A stretch of 63,612 bases of DNA, counting the filler, from Phoronis australis (Eukaryota > Animalia > Phoronida), in NCBI GenBank assembly GCA_002633005.1. It is 8 parts of 8 records of this genome, joined end to end, with 100 filler letters (N's around TTAATTAATTAA, not from the genome) between each part and the next. Parts side by side here need not be neighbours in the genome. Positions count along the whole stretch, not along the records: positions 1 to 29,150 come from NMRA01000633.1; 7 more parts are not named here. The stretch is one strand, 5' to 3'. A model generated the notes under the pieces. It saw only the letters and a list, made by a program, of their open reading frames with translations. It did not search any database and was not told the DNA's origin. Below are positions 1 through 13,100 of the stretch, in pieces; position 1 is the first letter of the stretch, and every line of letters begins with the position of its first letter. Position numbers and translations under genes: made by a program.

Positions 1-151
1 CCCACTCCCCCTCCAGGAGAATGTTGTCTTGTTTTTTGCCCCTGCATGTATAAGAATCAAATAACAAATAACAATAAGGCGCGAGATAAAACACCCATGA
101 TTGTGCCACTCTGTGAGCCCAAGAAGCACAGTCGACTTTATGTTCATTTAC

Positions 152-840
152 CATGTGCGCACCCAGCTTAAAAATGGGTGGGCTCGAATTTTTGAAATGC
201 GGACCTTTGACTAAGATTTATGGGAGTACCTGAAGAGGTTTGAATTGTGTATTCGCCGAAATTTGTGGACCAGTTTAGTGGACTTTTGTCTCGTTTTGTA
301 CTTTTTTCGCAGTTTTTTTTCTAAGATGGGTCTCTTTGCCCACTTCGCCATTTTTACACTGCGCACGCCATACCACCTGCGCGTGAGTTACCGATTTTGG
401 AAACTGAACGAGGGATTGCTCAAGGAAAAAGTTTGATAACTGGAGTATTTCGTCGAGCTGGAAGGAATTTAGATCGACGGCCTGCTAATTGACCCTCTGT
501 GCGCAAAAGGTATTTATATAACAACGTTAATTCGATGTTTTAGTGAATGTGAGACAGACACTCTTTCACAGTGCATAGGCGGTGCTGTGTCAGAGGGTAT
601 GTGAGGCATAATTCGCCGAACAGGTTCCGGCGTATGGAGCTCCTATAGGAGCTACACCGTCGATTCAGCTTGAGACGGTGGTCACTGTCCATACGGAAAG
701 AAGCAGGTTCGCGCATGAATGTGGTGGACCCGCATAAACAAGTGATCTTAGCATTGTGTTTTATTTGTAAGTGTGGTGGCTGGCGCAATGAAAGATCACG
801 CGGGGCTCTGACTAGCAGGTTGGAAGTTCGAGCCCATTTT
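152..840 (+). mobile_element. Dispersed repeat family A (probable non-autonomous DNA transposon)
   Basis: Begins CATGTGCGCACCCAGCTTAAAAATGGGTGGGCTCGAATTTTTG. The same terminus recurs at 4642 (+) and 58013 (-). Internal part ~368-690 recurs at ~55520-55810 and partly at ~56110-56220. A partial inverted end TTCGAGCCCATTTTTAA lies at ~827-843. Confidence 0.55.
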
Positions 841-843
841 TAA

Positions 844-1997
844 GGTAGGTGTATACACTGGTCAAATCTCCAGGTTCCTAACTAAAATGAGAAAAAGGGA
901 GTTTTAACTAGTTAGACATGACTCTGAAAGTGACAAAAATCGAAAAAAAAAAAGTTTTTTTTGTAGTTCGTTTTTTTAATCGTATTTTTTAATTTTCAAA
1001 AAATACAATTTTACCTCAAGCCGAGAAAAACGGCTTTGAAGCGCCTGTACCGAATGGACTTTGGGATAAGAAAATATCACTTTCTGCGCAAATAGCGTCG
1101 CTTGGGTGAGATTCTCAAGTTACCAAAGTTTCTTATATTGCTGTCCTCTAAAATCTTATAATATCATGAGTTTTAATTCAGGGATACGTTTGAATCTATG
1201 CACTAGAACAATTTTGTTATTATGAACACTGCATGGGTTATTTCTCTAATTGTTTGGGTTACGGCCAGTGGCAAGTTAAAAAATCCCCTGTGTTTGACAG
1301 CCTAGTTTCTCCACGGCGCGTTCCCAGCACAGAAGCACGGTTTATCTGCAAAGACTCTACTCTGACGGCATGTACTTGTCCATGTGTTGCGCGCGCGGCG
1401 TGTCTTCACAACGCGTGCATGCACTCTCACTGAATCGTGCAACACCATGCACCCACGTCGACGCTCAGCGTCCTCTCGCAAGACACTTCACCTTACCGAC
1501 TTCTCTTGTACACGCACAATTTCTGCACTGACTCATCAAGCTGAGTGCAGTGATGGATTCGGTAGGACTTGGCGTACTCAACTTAATTTATTTGCAGATA
1601 GACAATCAGGCTCAGGCTCGGAACAGGAGCTAGTTCACCATTTCACTACCAACTTTCACATGGTCAAAAATAGGAATATTTTATTCTTGGTCTTGCTACA
1701 GCATCAACGTCAGCTGGTACAGCACTCTCCGTTGCCCGGTTACGCAACGTTGGTTGACAGGGTTAGATTAGAGCTAGTGTCCTTGTATAAGCTCCGCCCC
1801 AGTTGTCAGTCACTGAGCTAGTGAGCACTCAAGACATGTGACTTACTGAGGCTTGGTCAAATATAGCTAAAAAACAACTTTGGATTTTCAGAATGATTTT
1901 ATTTTTCTTCAGTACAGTGTGCATCAAGAGTTAAAGATTAGGATGACATAAAGGTGTAAAAAACAGTCAAATTTAATTTTATGTATATCCACCTACC
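844..1997. mobile_element. Kolobok-like non-autonomous DNA transposon
   Basis: TTAA at 840-843 and 1998-2001 flank terminal inverted repeats GGTAGGTGTATACAC / GTATATCCACCTACC. A TTAA duplication with purine (GG) termini is the Kolobok pattern; piggyBac begins with CC. No intact transposase. Confidence 0.7.
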
Positions 1998-2842
1998 TTA
2001 AATCAAAACTGACAATACCACTGTTTAAATACTTTAAAGCACTGAGTCGTCAATTTGTTTATTTAAAAAATTTCTTTCTGGAGCCGGTGTAATCAAGTCC
2101 GACTGAATGGCATGACCACATAAATTATGTGCCTTCTTGTGTATATGTTCGCCATCGGGACAAAAAAAAATACGTAAAGCAGGTGAAAGTCTAGATTCTC
2201 AAGCCGCGTTTTTCAGTAGTCGGGCCTGTCAGTGAAAACTCTAGTTCAGTTGCCGGCGCGGGGCGGACGCTTACGGGCAGATTCCACGAATGTGACCTGG
2301 GTCGTGGGATTTTGCCGCGCTAGTCGCAAATAGCGACATGGACAAAGTACAGCCGTCGAGGGCTGATTATACTTCAGAAATCAAGGAAAATGCTTAATTG
2401 TTTTCGGCAGAGGCAAAAAAACAAAATTTTTCCCCCGGGCTGCCCAGGTGCCGGGAAGGGGGCAACCCCGCAGTAGGCGCAACGTGCCTCTACAATCGCG
2501 CTTTGCGCAAAGCACGATTGTCTACGAGATAAAATTCACTCTGATGATATCCTAGATCCGCCACTGACTCTAAAAGTGCTCTGGGATCGGATATTGGTAC
2601 CCCGCGGACGGTGGCGTTCAGCGCTCAGTGAAGTGCACTCTGAGCTGCTCGGCGCCGGCGGTCTAATTTGTAAGGATAACTTACATGCTGACTTTAAATT
2701 TCCCGCTTATTTTTTGGGAAATTTTAGGGGGCCATGTGCCCCTTGGACCCCCTCTAAATCCGATTGGCACACCATGACCCCGTCAATATATCGTACCAGG
2801 GCGGCGTAGCCCGAGTCCACCGCACTCGGGCTTCCGAAGCGA

Positions 2843-2931
2843 TAACCTGGTTCCCGGGCCTCACAAGCTGACGTCACGGATTGCTTGCCTGTGTGAACCC
2901 AACCAATCTCGTGGGTCTGTGGAGGAGACTA
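2843..2931. mobile_element. Small element with TA..TA ends and 9-bp target duplication
   Basis: CCGAAGCGA at 2834-2842 and 2932-2940. Ends TAACCTGGTTCCCGGGCC ... GGTCTGTGGAGGAGACTA form an imperfect inverted repeat. Confidence 0.55.
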
Positions 2932-2949
2932 CCGAAGCGAGTGAAGATC

Positions 2950-3106
2950 CTCGCTGGTTCCCTGCGTGCTTAGCACAGCCAGCACGCCGGTATCACCTGA
3001 CAGCTCGCGTTTTATCATTGGTTGATGTAACCTTAGTAGTCATTGGTTAGGTTTGCAAGTTAGAAACAATATGGCCCCACCTAGCGGCACGCAGGGAACC
3101 AGCGAG
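2950..3106. mobile_element. MITE, 157 bp, perfect 20-bp TIRs, 9-bp target duplication
   Basis: TIRs CTCGCTGGTTCCCTGCGTGC / GCACGCAGGGAACCAGCGAG; GTGAAGATC at 2941-2949 and 3107-3115. Confidence 0.8.
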
Positions 3107-4641
3107 GTGAAGATCGAGTGGTTAGCGACATCTATTGGGATAAACTGAAAGATTCCAAGTTCACGCACAGCATATCTGCAATGGTTCTGATTGGCAGTTC
3201 AGTTTTGGATATCAAATGGCGATGGAGTTGGCGTATATGTGCTGTCAATTTTTTCTTATGAGCTGATACCAGTCTAATTATTGGGGCGATAAAGCAAGTA
3301 AAGTCTGGCAGGGCATAGCTTTGCTTGCTGCACGTACTCGGTGGTTTTTTATTGGAGAAATTTCATTTTGTCAACCTGCCGTTAATCGTTCAAGGTAAGT
3401 GTTTACAAATGTCATGGTAAAACCGCCATCTTGGAAATATTTACGTGCGTCCTTAAAAACGTTATAAGTGAGTGTTTCAGCCAAGTTATTGCATCCACCT
3501 TAAGAACAGCACATTATTATACACTCTTTGCTTGATTCTGATCCAGGTATTCAAATCTCGTCCATCGGTTTAGGTCTCTTAGACTGAGGCCCAGCACAGG
3601 CGTCCTCAGCTTCTGATCATCCCCAATGGCCCAATACAATATGTGTAACAGGAGTGCTCGGACTTTGTAACGGTGTATGACGTTTATAAACATTTCTTTG
3701 TGGCTAATTCTCATTGGTCAATTTTTAGTGTATCGCATTTGATGCGGCATTTGGTTTTCACGGGGGGTCTCAGCCAAATTTCTTTTCAATTAAGACGTGT
3801 TTTAATTGATTTTCTCCCAAAATTTTATATTTTTCTAAGTCTCACCGATTGTAGGCATTCTACGCGAGACGGTAAGATAACAATTACAAAACGAACAAAT
3901 TTACATTCTACGAAAGTATTTTTCTTATAATTGTTACGGCTGATTCTCCGGCAGTAAAATTACTCTTGCGGGAATGGATGGATCTGAATATCACTTTAAC
4001 GAAAGATTAGTTTATTTAAAACATCAACATTCACAAATACGGGTTTTCGTTGGAACAGAGAAAACACACAAACTACGCTGCCTAACACATCATAAAGTCT
4101 CTGTCACACTATATATACTACAAGGTATGATCCGGACTAGAAATTCCACGGGTGCTTCACTTCAGCCGTCCACAGCAAACACAAAACTCTATAAATTTAC
4201 GTAAAACGGGTTCAACAAACCATGAAGAATTGTTCTTTCTGCCAATACCATTTATAGTGTCGTGCTCTCACCGAGTTCGCAACAAATTTGCGGTCAAAGC
4301 ACACATTTAATCTTCTCAAAAAATCGCTGCACCCTAGCGGTCCCTGATTTTGAGAACCAGGCAATCACGGAATAACGGAATAACGGGCCCATTATTCAGT
4401 GGATGAAACTGGTTCTTAAAATCAGAGACGCTATATCTGACTAGTGCCGACAGTAAGCAGGTGCCACAGATGGGGCACGTGACATTGTTACTTCAGAAAG
4501 GCAGATAGCTTAACTGCTGACAAAGATGTCAAGATACAAGGGGCTGATGTAATGTAGCGCGATTAGCTATTCCGGTTCCTGACTGTTCTAGGAAAGAATT
4601 TTGCATGTAATCTCCTATCTGCTATAATTGGATGACCTTCT

Positions 4642-4870
4642 CATGCACACACCCAGCCAAAATAATGAGGGGGCTCGAATTTTTGAGAATGTGGGCATTT
4701 TACTACAAGTCACGGGGTACGTTCAGAGGCTCAGAGCTATGAATTGTGCATTTTTCGAATTTTGGTAGTTCCTGCCTTTTCAGTGGACTTTCGTCTCTTT
4801 TTGTACTTTTTCCAGAGTTTTTGTTTCTCTGAGGTAGACCTTTTTGCCCACTTCGCCAAATTGGGGTCTC
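4642..4870 (+). mobile_element. Repeat family A, truncated terminal copy
   Basis: CATGCACACACCCAGCC...GGGCTCGAATTTTTG...AGTGGACTTT...TTTGCCCACTTCGCCA matches 152-350. Confidence 0.55.
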
Positions 4871-5008
4871 ATTTGAGCCCCTTGAGACCCCCCTAGGTGC
4901 GCGTATGCTTCTGGTACAGATGGCACAGAGAGCAGGATCTGCGACTGGGGCAACATCGCAGTTGGTGATCACTGACTTTTTATCATACTTGTCAAACATT
5001 TTCAACCA

Positions 5009-5215
5009 TCAGATTTTGCGTCTGTGGCTGAGGGTGGGCCAGGTTAGGGTTTCTAACACTGACACAACATAGGATAGACGATTGAACCATCTCATGACCC
5101 AACGAACAGCTCTCCTATGTACTTTCTTTATAGCAGTAATGTCTTTGTGGGTATAGAGGTCCCAAACAGTAGAGGTGTATTTCAAGGTAGGTCGAGCCAT
5201 TGCTTTAAATATCAA
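5009..5215 (-). mobile_element. LINE (CR1/L2-group) ORF2 C-terminal fragment
   Basis: Peptide FKAMARPTLKYTSTVWDLYTHKDITAIKKVHRRAVRWV...LETLTWPTLSHRRK matches the post-RT pattern YKxLVRPxLEYxSxVWDPxxxxDIxxLExVQRRAxRFV...LxWxxLxxRR of CR1/L2-type LINEs. Confidence 0.75.
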
Positions 5216-5349
5216 ACTCTTTACGGTACCTCGTTAGTGTCTTATACACAGGCAGTGATGCTGACATAGGTCCTTCATATACTGGCACCTTTTCAGCGAA
5301 TTATACCTCACACTGATTAAACCACCAGTCACTTTGCTATAATTACCTT

Positions 5350-5750
5350 TTGCGCATAGAAGGACACATTAGGAGACCGTCAACGGTATGAAATCACTAC
5401 AATTCAATATGGCTGTACGGGAACTAGTTTTATTTGTCAACACAAGCTCCTTAAGCTAACAATAATAACACAAGTACTCATGTACTAATCACTACTGTTA
5501 CATCTCCCCGCTGAGTCATTTAACACTACTTTGATAACTAGCAACTTATCTAGTGTCCACTACTACTGTAACTATGTGATTAATCAAAAGTTCACAAATC
5601 CAAACGGTCTGGTCATCTGCTGGTATGTCCAGAACGAGTCACGGTACAATCAGTGACTGTACTGGCGAAGCGTTGGACGCTGGTTGGTCATCTGGAGTGT
5701 TGTGGTTTTCATCGATGATATGTGTTGAACCAGAAAGGATTGCTGAAGAA
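5350..5750 (-). mobile_element. Gypsy-like LTR retrotransposon 3' remnant (integrase tail, PPT, start of LTR)
   Basis: Minus strand reads VTRSGHTSR*PDRLDL* (typical TRSGRxxxxPxRL Pol tail), then purine tract AGCGGGGAGA (5512-5503) directly before TGTAAC (LTR start at 5502), with AATAAA at ~5433-5428. The far LTR boundary is uncertain. Confidence 0.5.
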
Positions 5751-6457
5751 AGTTTGTTGCTTTTTAAAGTGACATTTTTGAGTGTAAAATATATTTTTAT
5801 GAGGTGAAAACTTCTTTTTCTGTGACTGGACTTGGACTATCGCCCATTAAAAATACACGGGATGAAAAATATTGTAGCCTCTAGACAGCCATCAAAGGGG
5901 GTACATGTTGGTACCAGCCGCCTAGTATATTCCTGCTAGGGGGCACTGGTGGTTCACTGATTTAGGGAATCAGGTAGTCCTTGCATAACCTGATAACAGG
6001 TCCGCTGTTATGGTGGATGAAACTGTTTCTCTATTTCAGGGAACTCTATGCCTGACCAGTGCTGTGCTAGACTCTGTAGTATAGCCAAATCTAATCTTAC
6101 TATAGTCAGTTAAGCAACCCTTTAACTGGAAGTCCATGCATTGAAAATGTAGGATTTAGTGTCATACGTATCACACTCGAATTTCAAATTAAATATTAAT
6201 TTGCCAACATCAAAATTACGATCACGTGAAGACATTTATCCTCAAAAAGAATACGACAAATATTATTGCACATCTTTGTACACATTTCATATATTATAAA
6301 CTGGCAGGATTCTAATTTCGACCACAAAGTATGAAGTGTTCACCTCGTCTGAATACATTTTACACGTAAAATTGTCACTTAAAAGTGCGTACTGTTTTCA
6401 GCGATCCTTTCTGGTTATGCGCATACCCTTGGTGAAGCATATTGTCTATTGTAATTA

Positions 6458-8773
6458 CCGTAAACGTTCGGGTTAACGCCCATGTTCACTTAACCGCCCA
6501 TCCCCTACTTTAGGTGGATTTTCGATTTAACTGCCCTCTGCTCGGTTAACCGCCCCTCTGCGATTTTTGAAGATTTCCAGTTAAGTGCCCACCTCTCAGT
6601 TAAACGCCCACCTCTCAGTTAAACGCCCATCGCCAACTTTTGAAGTGCTAAGGAAATGTGCGATTACCCATTTTTAGATAAAAGTTGATGATAAAGAATG
6701 CAACGACAGCGGCATCGGAGACGGTGATTTGGCATTGTGAATTATAATATAAGTAACAAATTATTGCTCCGGGTAATAGATTTGCTTCAAAATGTAATAC
6801 CTTGAACACTTAGTCACTTTATTTTCTTCCCATGTTCTCAAAACTAGGAACCCCGCCGGCTTCAATACCTACGATTTCAGCGATGCCGTCTGCCGCGTTA
6901 AGTTTCCGTCTGCAGTACTCTAGATAAAACATATATTTGAAAAAAATATGCCACAGAAACATGACAGTGGTGTTGCCAACATTCGGATTTTGAAGAATTC
7001 CCTGAACTTTGTGAATATTGTGTTCACCTACCTTTTTAGCCCTTCCGAATAATTTTGTTTCTTCGTTGGCTTGTTTCAACCGGAACAAAATCCTTCCCAT
7101 TGAAGTCTGAAATATCTACTACGTAGGCTGACTGAAAATTGGCAGCAGTGGGGAGTGGGTGAACCCCTGGGGCCTAGGGAACATCAAGCCCCGAATTATC
7201 TGAACTGAGACTTCGCATCACAGTTTTGTGGTACTTTTTTTTTTAAACAGCAGGAGGCCCAATTTCAGTGTCAAATAAACACCCGGTCAGCTTAAACCTA
7301 CAGTCTAGCCGCTATACTCTTATACTTACTGTCGCTGTTCTCTTTTGATGTGCGACTTTGGTGTGGTGCGTGCACGTGAGTTCCCACGCTCTGGAGTGTA
7401 AGTTACCTTGACTGCATATGTGAGTGGCAGGTGACTCATATGCGCGTGCTCAACCCGGAAAGAAGGTCTTGAGAATTTGTGTGCCGCTGTCTTTTGCCCT
7501 AAAAATCGAGACGCATATTGAAACAGGCCGTTATATTGCTTGCCGCCATTTCCAAGTCACGATTGTTTACGGTGACATTGCGCGAAAACAGTGGGACCGA
7601 ACAGTGTTGCAGTACGATATTGTAGGTGATATTATAATAGGATTATCTGGAAATCTTGCATGTAAAATAAAAATGTGTTTTTCCAACACAAAATTTGGTA
7701 AGTTGATTGTTAAACAATGAATAGAAACATTGCTGTTTTGTGACGTTTTATCACATATGTATGCTGTGGTCCGTACATTTGGAAATTCCAGGTCGCATGT
7801 TACAACTTAATACAAGATGACCAAAATCTCGGCTCGTATTTTAAAAATTCAGGTCGCCGATGCAACCTACAGCTTGTTATGCCTAGTGCTGAGTCCCGTT
7901 AGCAACAACACTCACTCAGTAAGGACGCTTTGCTCGTTGGAACTCGCCACTACTGAATTTAGTCGTATAACAAACCACTGGTGCCGGTTACGCGAATAAT
8001 GGGGGCTTCGTCTTCGAATGAATTTTACTGACACGAGTACGTGTATGAACTACTTCTTTCTCAGACTACTGTACGGGTTCATAGACTCATCCCATTTTCA
8101 TAGTGTTAGTATGTTTTTAAATTAAAGTCTTAAGTACTTGTTTTTGAGTAATGCCTTTGCGGTCACTTTTGACTGACAACTGGCTTATGTCTGCGTACCT
8201 GTGCCGGGCGGTCAAAATAAAACAGCCGCAGAACCTTATGTTGAAAATGTCATTGAATCACGGAGTCTCGAACATACTTTAATTACAAATAATTTAAAAC
8301 TGCTCTCTAACACGTGACTCTGCTGTGACCTATGCAGCACGTGAAGCTTGCACGCGCGCTCTTCGCACTATCACGCCAGTGAGGATAGTTGCAATCGAAG
8401 TGGAGCGCTGCATAGTCACTGGTCGTCTGCGCACTACAGGTACAGCTCTAATAAGATCGCTGGATGGCATGGGCTATTACTCAGCAATTTTGTAAATTTA
8501 ACGGTGAATGACTAATCTGAGGGCAACAGAACCTTTGTTGGGATCATCTGCTGTTATGACATTTTTACCATCATTTGGCGACGTGGCGATAAAGCTCTTT
8601 GAAAAGTGCTACACGTTGCGACTATGTGGGGGACTCGGATCATGACGTCGGAAGATTAACCGCCCACCCCGGTCGTCTGTCGTAATAAGCGCCCATGTTC
8701 GGTTAACCGCCCACCCGTGATTTTTTGGGTTCGCCAATTTAACCGCCCAGGGGTTTAACACAAACATTTACGG
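6458..8773. mobile_element. Tc1/mariner-superfamily (Tc2/pogo-like) non-autonomous element, ~2.3 kb
   Basis: TA at 6456-6457 and 8774-8775; TIRs CCGTAAACGTTCGGGTTAA / TTAACACAAACATTTACGG; many subterminal TTAACCGCCC repeats at both ends. CCGTA termini are the Tc2-type pattern. No recognisable transposase ORF. Confidence 0.75.
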
Positions 8774-8939
8774 TAAGACGGATTTATTGAACAACTCCAA
8801 TTCCAATTTTTGGCCACTGTGAAGTTTTTCATCACGTGGTAAACATTGAAAAGCTTAGTTGACATCACACAAGTTACGAACAAGGAAATTACCTCTAATG
8901 GGCGATTAAAAATCGCATTGTTTTAACACCATTTGACTT

Positions 8940-9870
8940 ATTACCCACACACGCTACTGACTACCTCACATACGATACTGACTACCCCACACATAATACT
9001 GCCGTAATCGTTCGGGTTAACGCCCTGGGCAGTTAAATTGGCGAATCCAAAAAACCGGGGGAGGGCGGTTAACCGAGCAGTGGGCGGTTAAATCGAAAAT
9101 CCACCTAAAGTAGGGGATGGGCGGTTAACCGAACATGGGCGCTTGTTACGACAGACAACCGTCCTGGGCGGTTAATCTTACCTGGTGATCTAAATCCCGA
9201 CACAATCATACTCGGAACGCGTAGCCCTTTTCAAAGAGCTTTATCGGCACGTCGCCAAATGACTGTGAAAACGTCATAACAGCGGATGATCCCAACAAAG
9301 TTCTCTTGCCCTCAGATTAGTCATTCACTATTTAATTTACAAAATTGCTGAGTAATAGCCCCGTGTCGTCCTGCGGTGCGCAGACGACCAGTCACCACGC
9401 AGCCTCCGCTAGAATTAAAACTGTTTCAAGATGATGGTGACCCTGCTTAAGTGCGCGCGTGCAAGCTTCACGTGTTGAGGAGGTCAGACATCAAATTTAT
9501 GGTTACAGTCTCGTACTATATGTATCTGTCAAGTTCTGAGTCAGAGAGCAGTTTTAAAAATGGTTGTAATAAAAGTTTGAAAAACTTAACTCTGCTGTTT
9601 TTTTTGTGTTTGGGATCTTATAGTCGACACTCCGTTACTCAATGACACTTTCAGCATATGGTTCTGCGGCTAGCTGTCTTATCTCGACAGCCCGGCATTG
9701 CTCTCTTGCCGTTGCGCCAAACATGCNCCCAATACTGACTACCCCACACGTGATACTGACAACCTCACGTACGATACTGACTACCCCACACACGATACTG
9801 ACTGCCCCCCACAGGATACTTCAGACTACCCCACACATGATACTGACAACCCACACAGGATACTGACAGT
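8940..9870 (+). repeat. 21-bp minisatellite (GATACTGACTACCCCACACAC) interrupted by a transposon
   Basis: Units at 8940-9001 and 9728-9870; ATACTGAC recurs at 9732, 9753, 9774 and 9795. Confidence 0.85.
9002..9726 (-). mobile_element. Second, inverted and truncated copy of the Tc2-like element
   Basis: Starts CCGTAATCGTTCGGGTTAACGCCC. About 9130-9480 is the reverse complement of ~8330-8710. Ends at the single N at 9727. Confidence 0.75.
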
Positions 9871-10130
9871 AATCTCACAATGTAATACAAACATACTCTC
9901 AGAGAATCAATAAAGCTACACAAACAATACACAGCTGATACACTGGTTGGATAAGGTCAATATGATCACCTACTTAGTTGCAAGTAGTTAAGATTTGAAA
10001 TCTATAGAAAATCAGCAGGCTTTGCACAGTAGATTAATTGCATATTGTATGCTTAATGGCAAAATACAAAGAATGTCCTAAGATGCCAGGACAAGACAAG
10101 ACATAGAAATTGTCTAGATTTATGCTGTCT

Positions 10131-13100
10131 TTGGCTGACCATTGAGCTATACCAGGTCTGACTGTTGATGAACCATGTCCAAGTACTGCAGGTAACAAGT
10201 GTACATGACCTGACCTTGTCAAAAACAATAACCAGCAATCAGTTGGAAACATACAGTGGTGGTTAAACTTTAGTAGAGCTGTTCATCTGAACCAGAGGTT
10301 CTATGATGCAGCCTAGCATTTGAGGCCCTATAGTCAACAGCCTGTGATGCATTTGAGGTTCTATAGTCAACAGTCAGTTATGTAGCCTAGCATTTGAGTT
10401 TGAAGCGAACACAATTCTGTGCACACAGTCCACAAGATGTGTAGGAGAAAAAACGTATTTGTAAAGGAAATATGTGGGTTTTCCACAAAAATGTACAATT
10501 TCATCAAATTCATAAAATAAATGTGCCAAATGAAAGTTTCTTGTGAATTACAATAGGATATATTAACCGATTGGATGATTAATCCAATAAAGAAACAATT
10601 ATGCCTTTACACTGGCTGAAATGAACTCGAGACAGGATATCACAGTATTCTTATGTAGTATGTAGGATAACATGAACTCTTTTGCATCATCGCGGCAATA
10701 TCTTGTTGCCCTGTGGTTTGGCTTGTCGTTATATGACGTCACATGTATGCCAAGCACGGTACCCAAGCCGCTTAAGTGACAAGATTATCTGTGAAAGTGT
10801 GAAATAACCAGTAACATTTTATGTCATAATAAATTGATAAGAATTTTCAGTTTGCAAAATATACAAGTTAAAGCACTGAACCATTCAATAATATCAAAAG
10901 TTTGTCAGAAACTTAGAAACATCCATTGGGAATCTAAAAATTCTAAATATTCCCTGAACAACAAGGTGCCGTTTTAGCTTAGGTGAATTTCTTAGTTTTC
11001 TTCTATTTTCATGTCTTAGCTTCTAGACTTCTTTTGATCACACCATTGGGAAAGAATTACGAAAACTGCTGATTTGCAGAATTTGAAATAAGGACTGTAT
11101 CGCAAAAAAAACAGATTTTATGCTATCGTGATGACCAGAAGGGATGGAGAGTTGATGGACCCTGCGAGCAGACAATTACCTCGGCAAAAAACACTTACTC
11201 GATATTGGGTCACAATTTCTTATAAAGACCTTAGCTCTCAGTGTACATTAGATACTGTATGCATTCACATGTTTTCGTTGGATTTAAATTAGATTTTTGG
11301 CTGATTTTGTTGGCTGGGTTAAGCTGTTTAGCTTGACCGATTTATGATGATCCAGATTGAAATTTCAGAGTTTTCATCAGCAAATCTTTTCTATTTTTAG
11401 TAAAACTGCTTTTTCAGGAACGATGTCTTGGATTAATGATTTAGGTGACCCAAATTAACAACCTCAATCAAACGTGGCATTGCACATATGAATTTACTTC
11501 ACCAGGAGACTACTCACCAACCGTGAAATACGGCTTCTACCATTGTATACGACCTCCACCGTGGTAAACAGATTGGCTCTACTTTACCCTATTTCATAAT
11601 TGACAACGAGACGTATACAATATCCATATTTTCACATATGGGATTTTAATACATATATCCCACATACATAAGAATACTACTGTCATATCCTAATATGAAT
11701 TCATTTCATCTGGGAATATCTCAACGAGACCAAAGTTTGATTTTAGACATTCCCAGATGAAATGAATTTGAGATGGGATATTGTAGCAATACTCCTATGT
11801 GAGTGGGATAGCCTATTTACAGGGACATCTACACACAGACTTACCCCAGAACAAGTTACTGCTAAAACAAGTTGTCGCTAGGTTTGAGGGCTATGCGGAT
11901 GCTATTTAAACTTGTGCAACTCCCCCCACTTGCAACAGTCTCGTCCACACACAGACTTAACCTAGAACAACTTGTACAGGTTGACACAGCCCAGTTTTTA
12001 TGGTAATTGACTTTAAATTAGTGTTCCTCAATAAGGTCCTACATAACTGTAACTGGTGATACAACTTGCTTGAAGATGACAATTTGTGTTTGTGTTTGTG
12101 TTTGTGCCTTACTTGAAGATGACAGTTTGTGTTTGTGCCTTGGTTGAAGATGACAGTTCGTGTTTGTGCCTTGCTTAAAGATGACAGTTTCTTTATCGCA
12201 GGCTACCAGCAATTTACATNTTGGCTGACCATTGAGCTACACCAGGTCACTGACTGTTGATGAACCATGTCCAAGTACTGCAAGTAACAAGTGTACATGA
12301 CCTGACCTTGTCAAAAACAATAACCAGCAATCAGTTGGAAACATACAGTGGTGGTTAGGCTTTAGTAGAGCTGTTCATCTGAATCAGAGGTTCTATGATG
12401 CAGTCTTGCATTTGAGGCCCTATAGTCAACAGCCTGTGATGCATTTGAGGTTCTATAGTCAACAGCCAGTTATGCAGCCTAGCATTTGAGTTTGAAGCGA
12501 ACACAATTCTGTGCACACAGTCCACAAGATGTGTAGGAGAAAAGACGTATTTGTAAAGGAAATATATGGGTTTTCCACAAAAATGTACAATTTCATCAAA
12601 TTTATAAAATAAATGTGCCAAATGAAAGTTTCTCGTGAATTACAATAGGATATATTAACTGATTGGATGATCAATCCAATAAAGAAACAATTCTGCCCTT
12701 ACACTGGCTGAAATGAACTCGAGATAGGATATCACAGTAGTATTCTTATGTAGTATGTAGGATAACATGAACTCATTTGCATCATCGCGGCAATATCTTG
12801 TTGCCCTGTGGTTTGGCTTGTCGTTATAAGACGTCACATGTATGCCAAGCACGGTACCCAAGCCGCTTAAGTGATAAGATTATCTGTGAAAGTGTGAAAT
12901 AACCAGTAACATTTTATGTCATAATAAATTGATCAGAATTTTCAGTTTGCAAAATATACAAGTTAAAGCACTGAACCATTCAATAATATCAAAAGTTTGT
13001 CAGAAACTTAGAAACATCCATTGGGGAATCTAAACATTCAAAAAATTCCCTGAACAGCAAGGCGCCGTTTTAGCTTAGGTGAATTTCTTAGTTTTCCTCT

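Noticed and set aside
1384-1821. 145-aa ORF inside the Kolobok-like element
   Set aside because: No transposase or other recognisable motif, and no ATG at the listed start.
4340-6060. Hammerhead-like look of two related hairpins (4340-4430 and 5950-6060) with CTGAT...GATGAAAC
   Set aside because: The two copies agree on ATAAC repeats and CAGG where CTGANGA and the NUH cleavage site would be needed; more likely a small inverted-repeat family.
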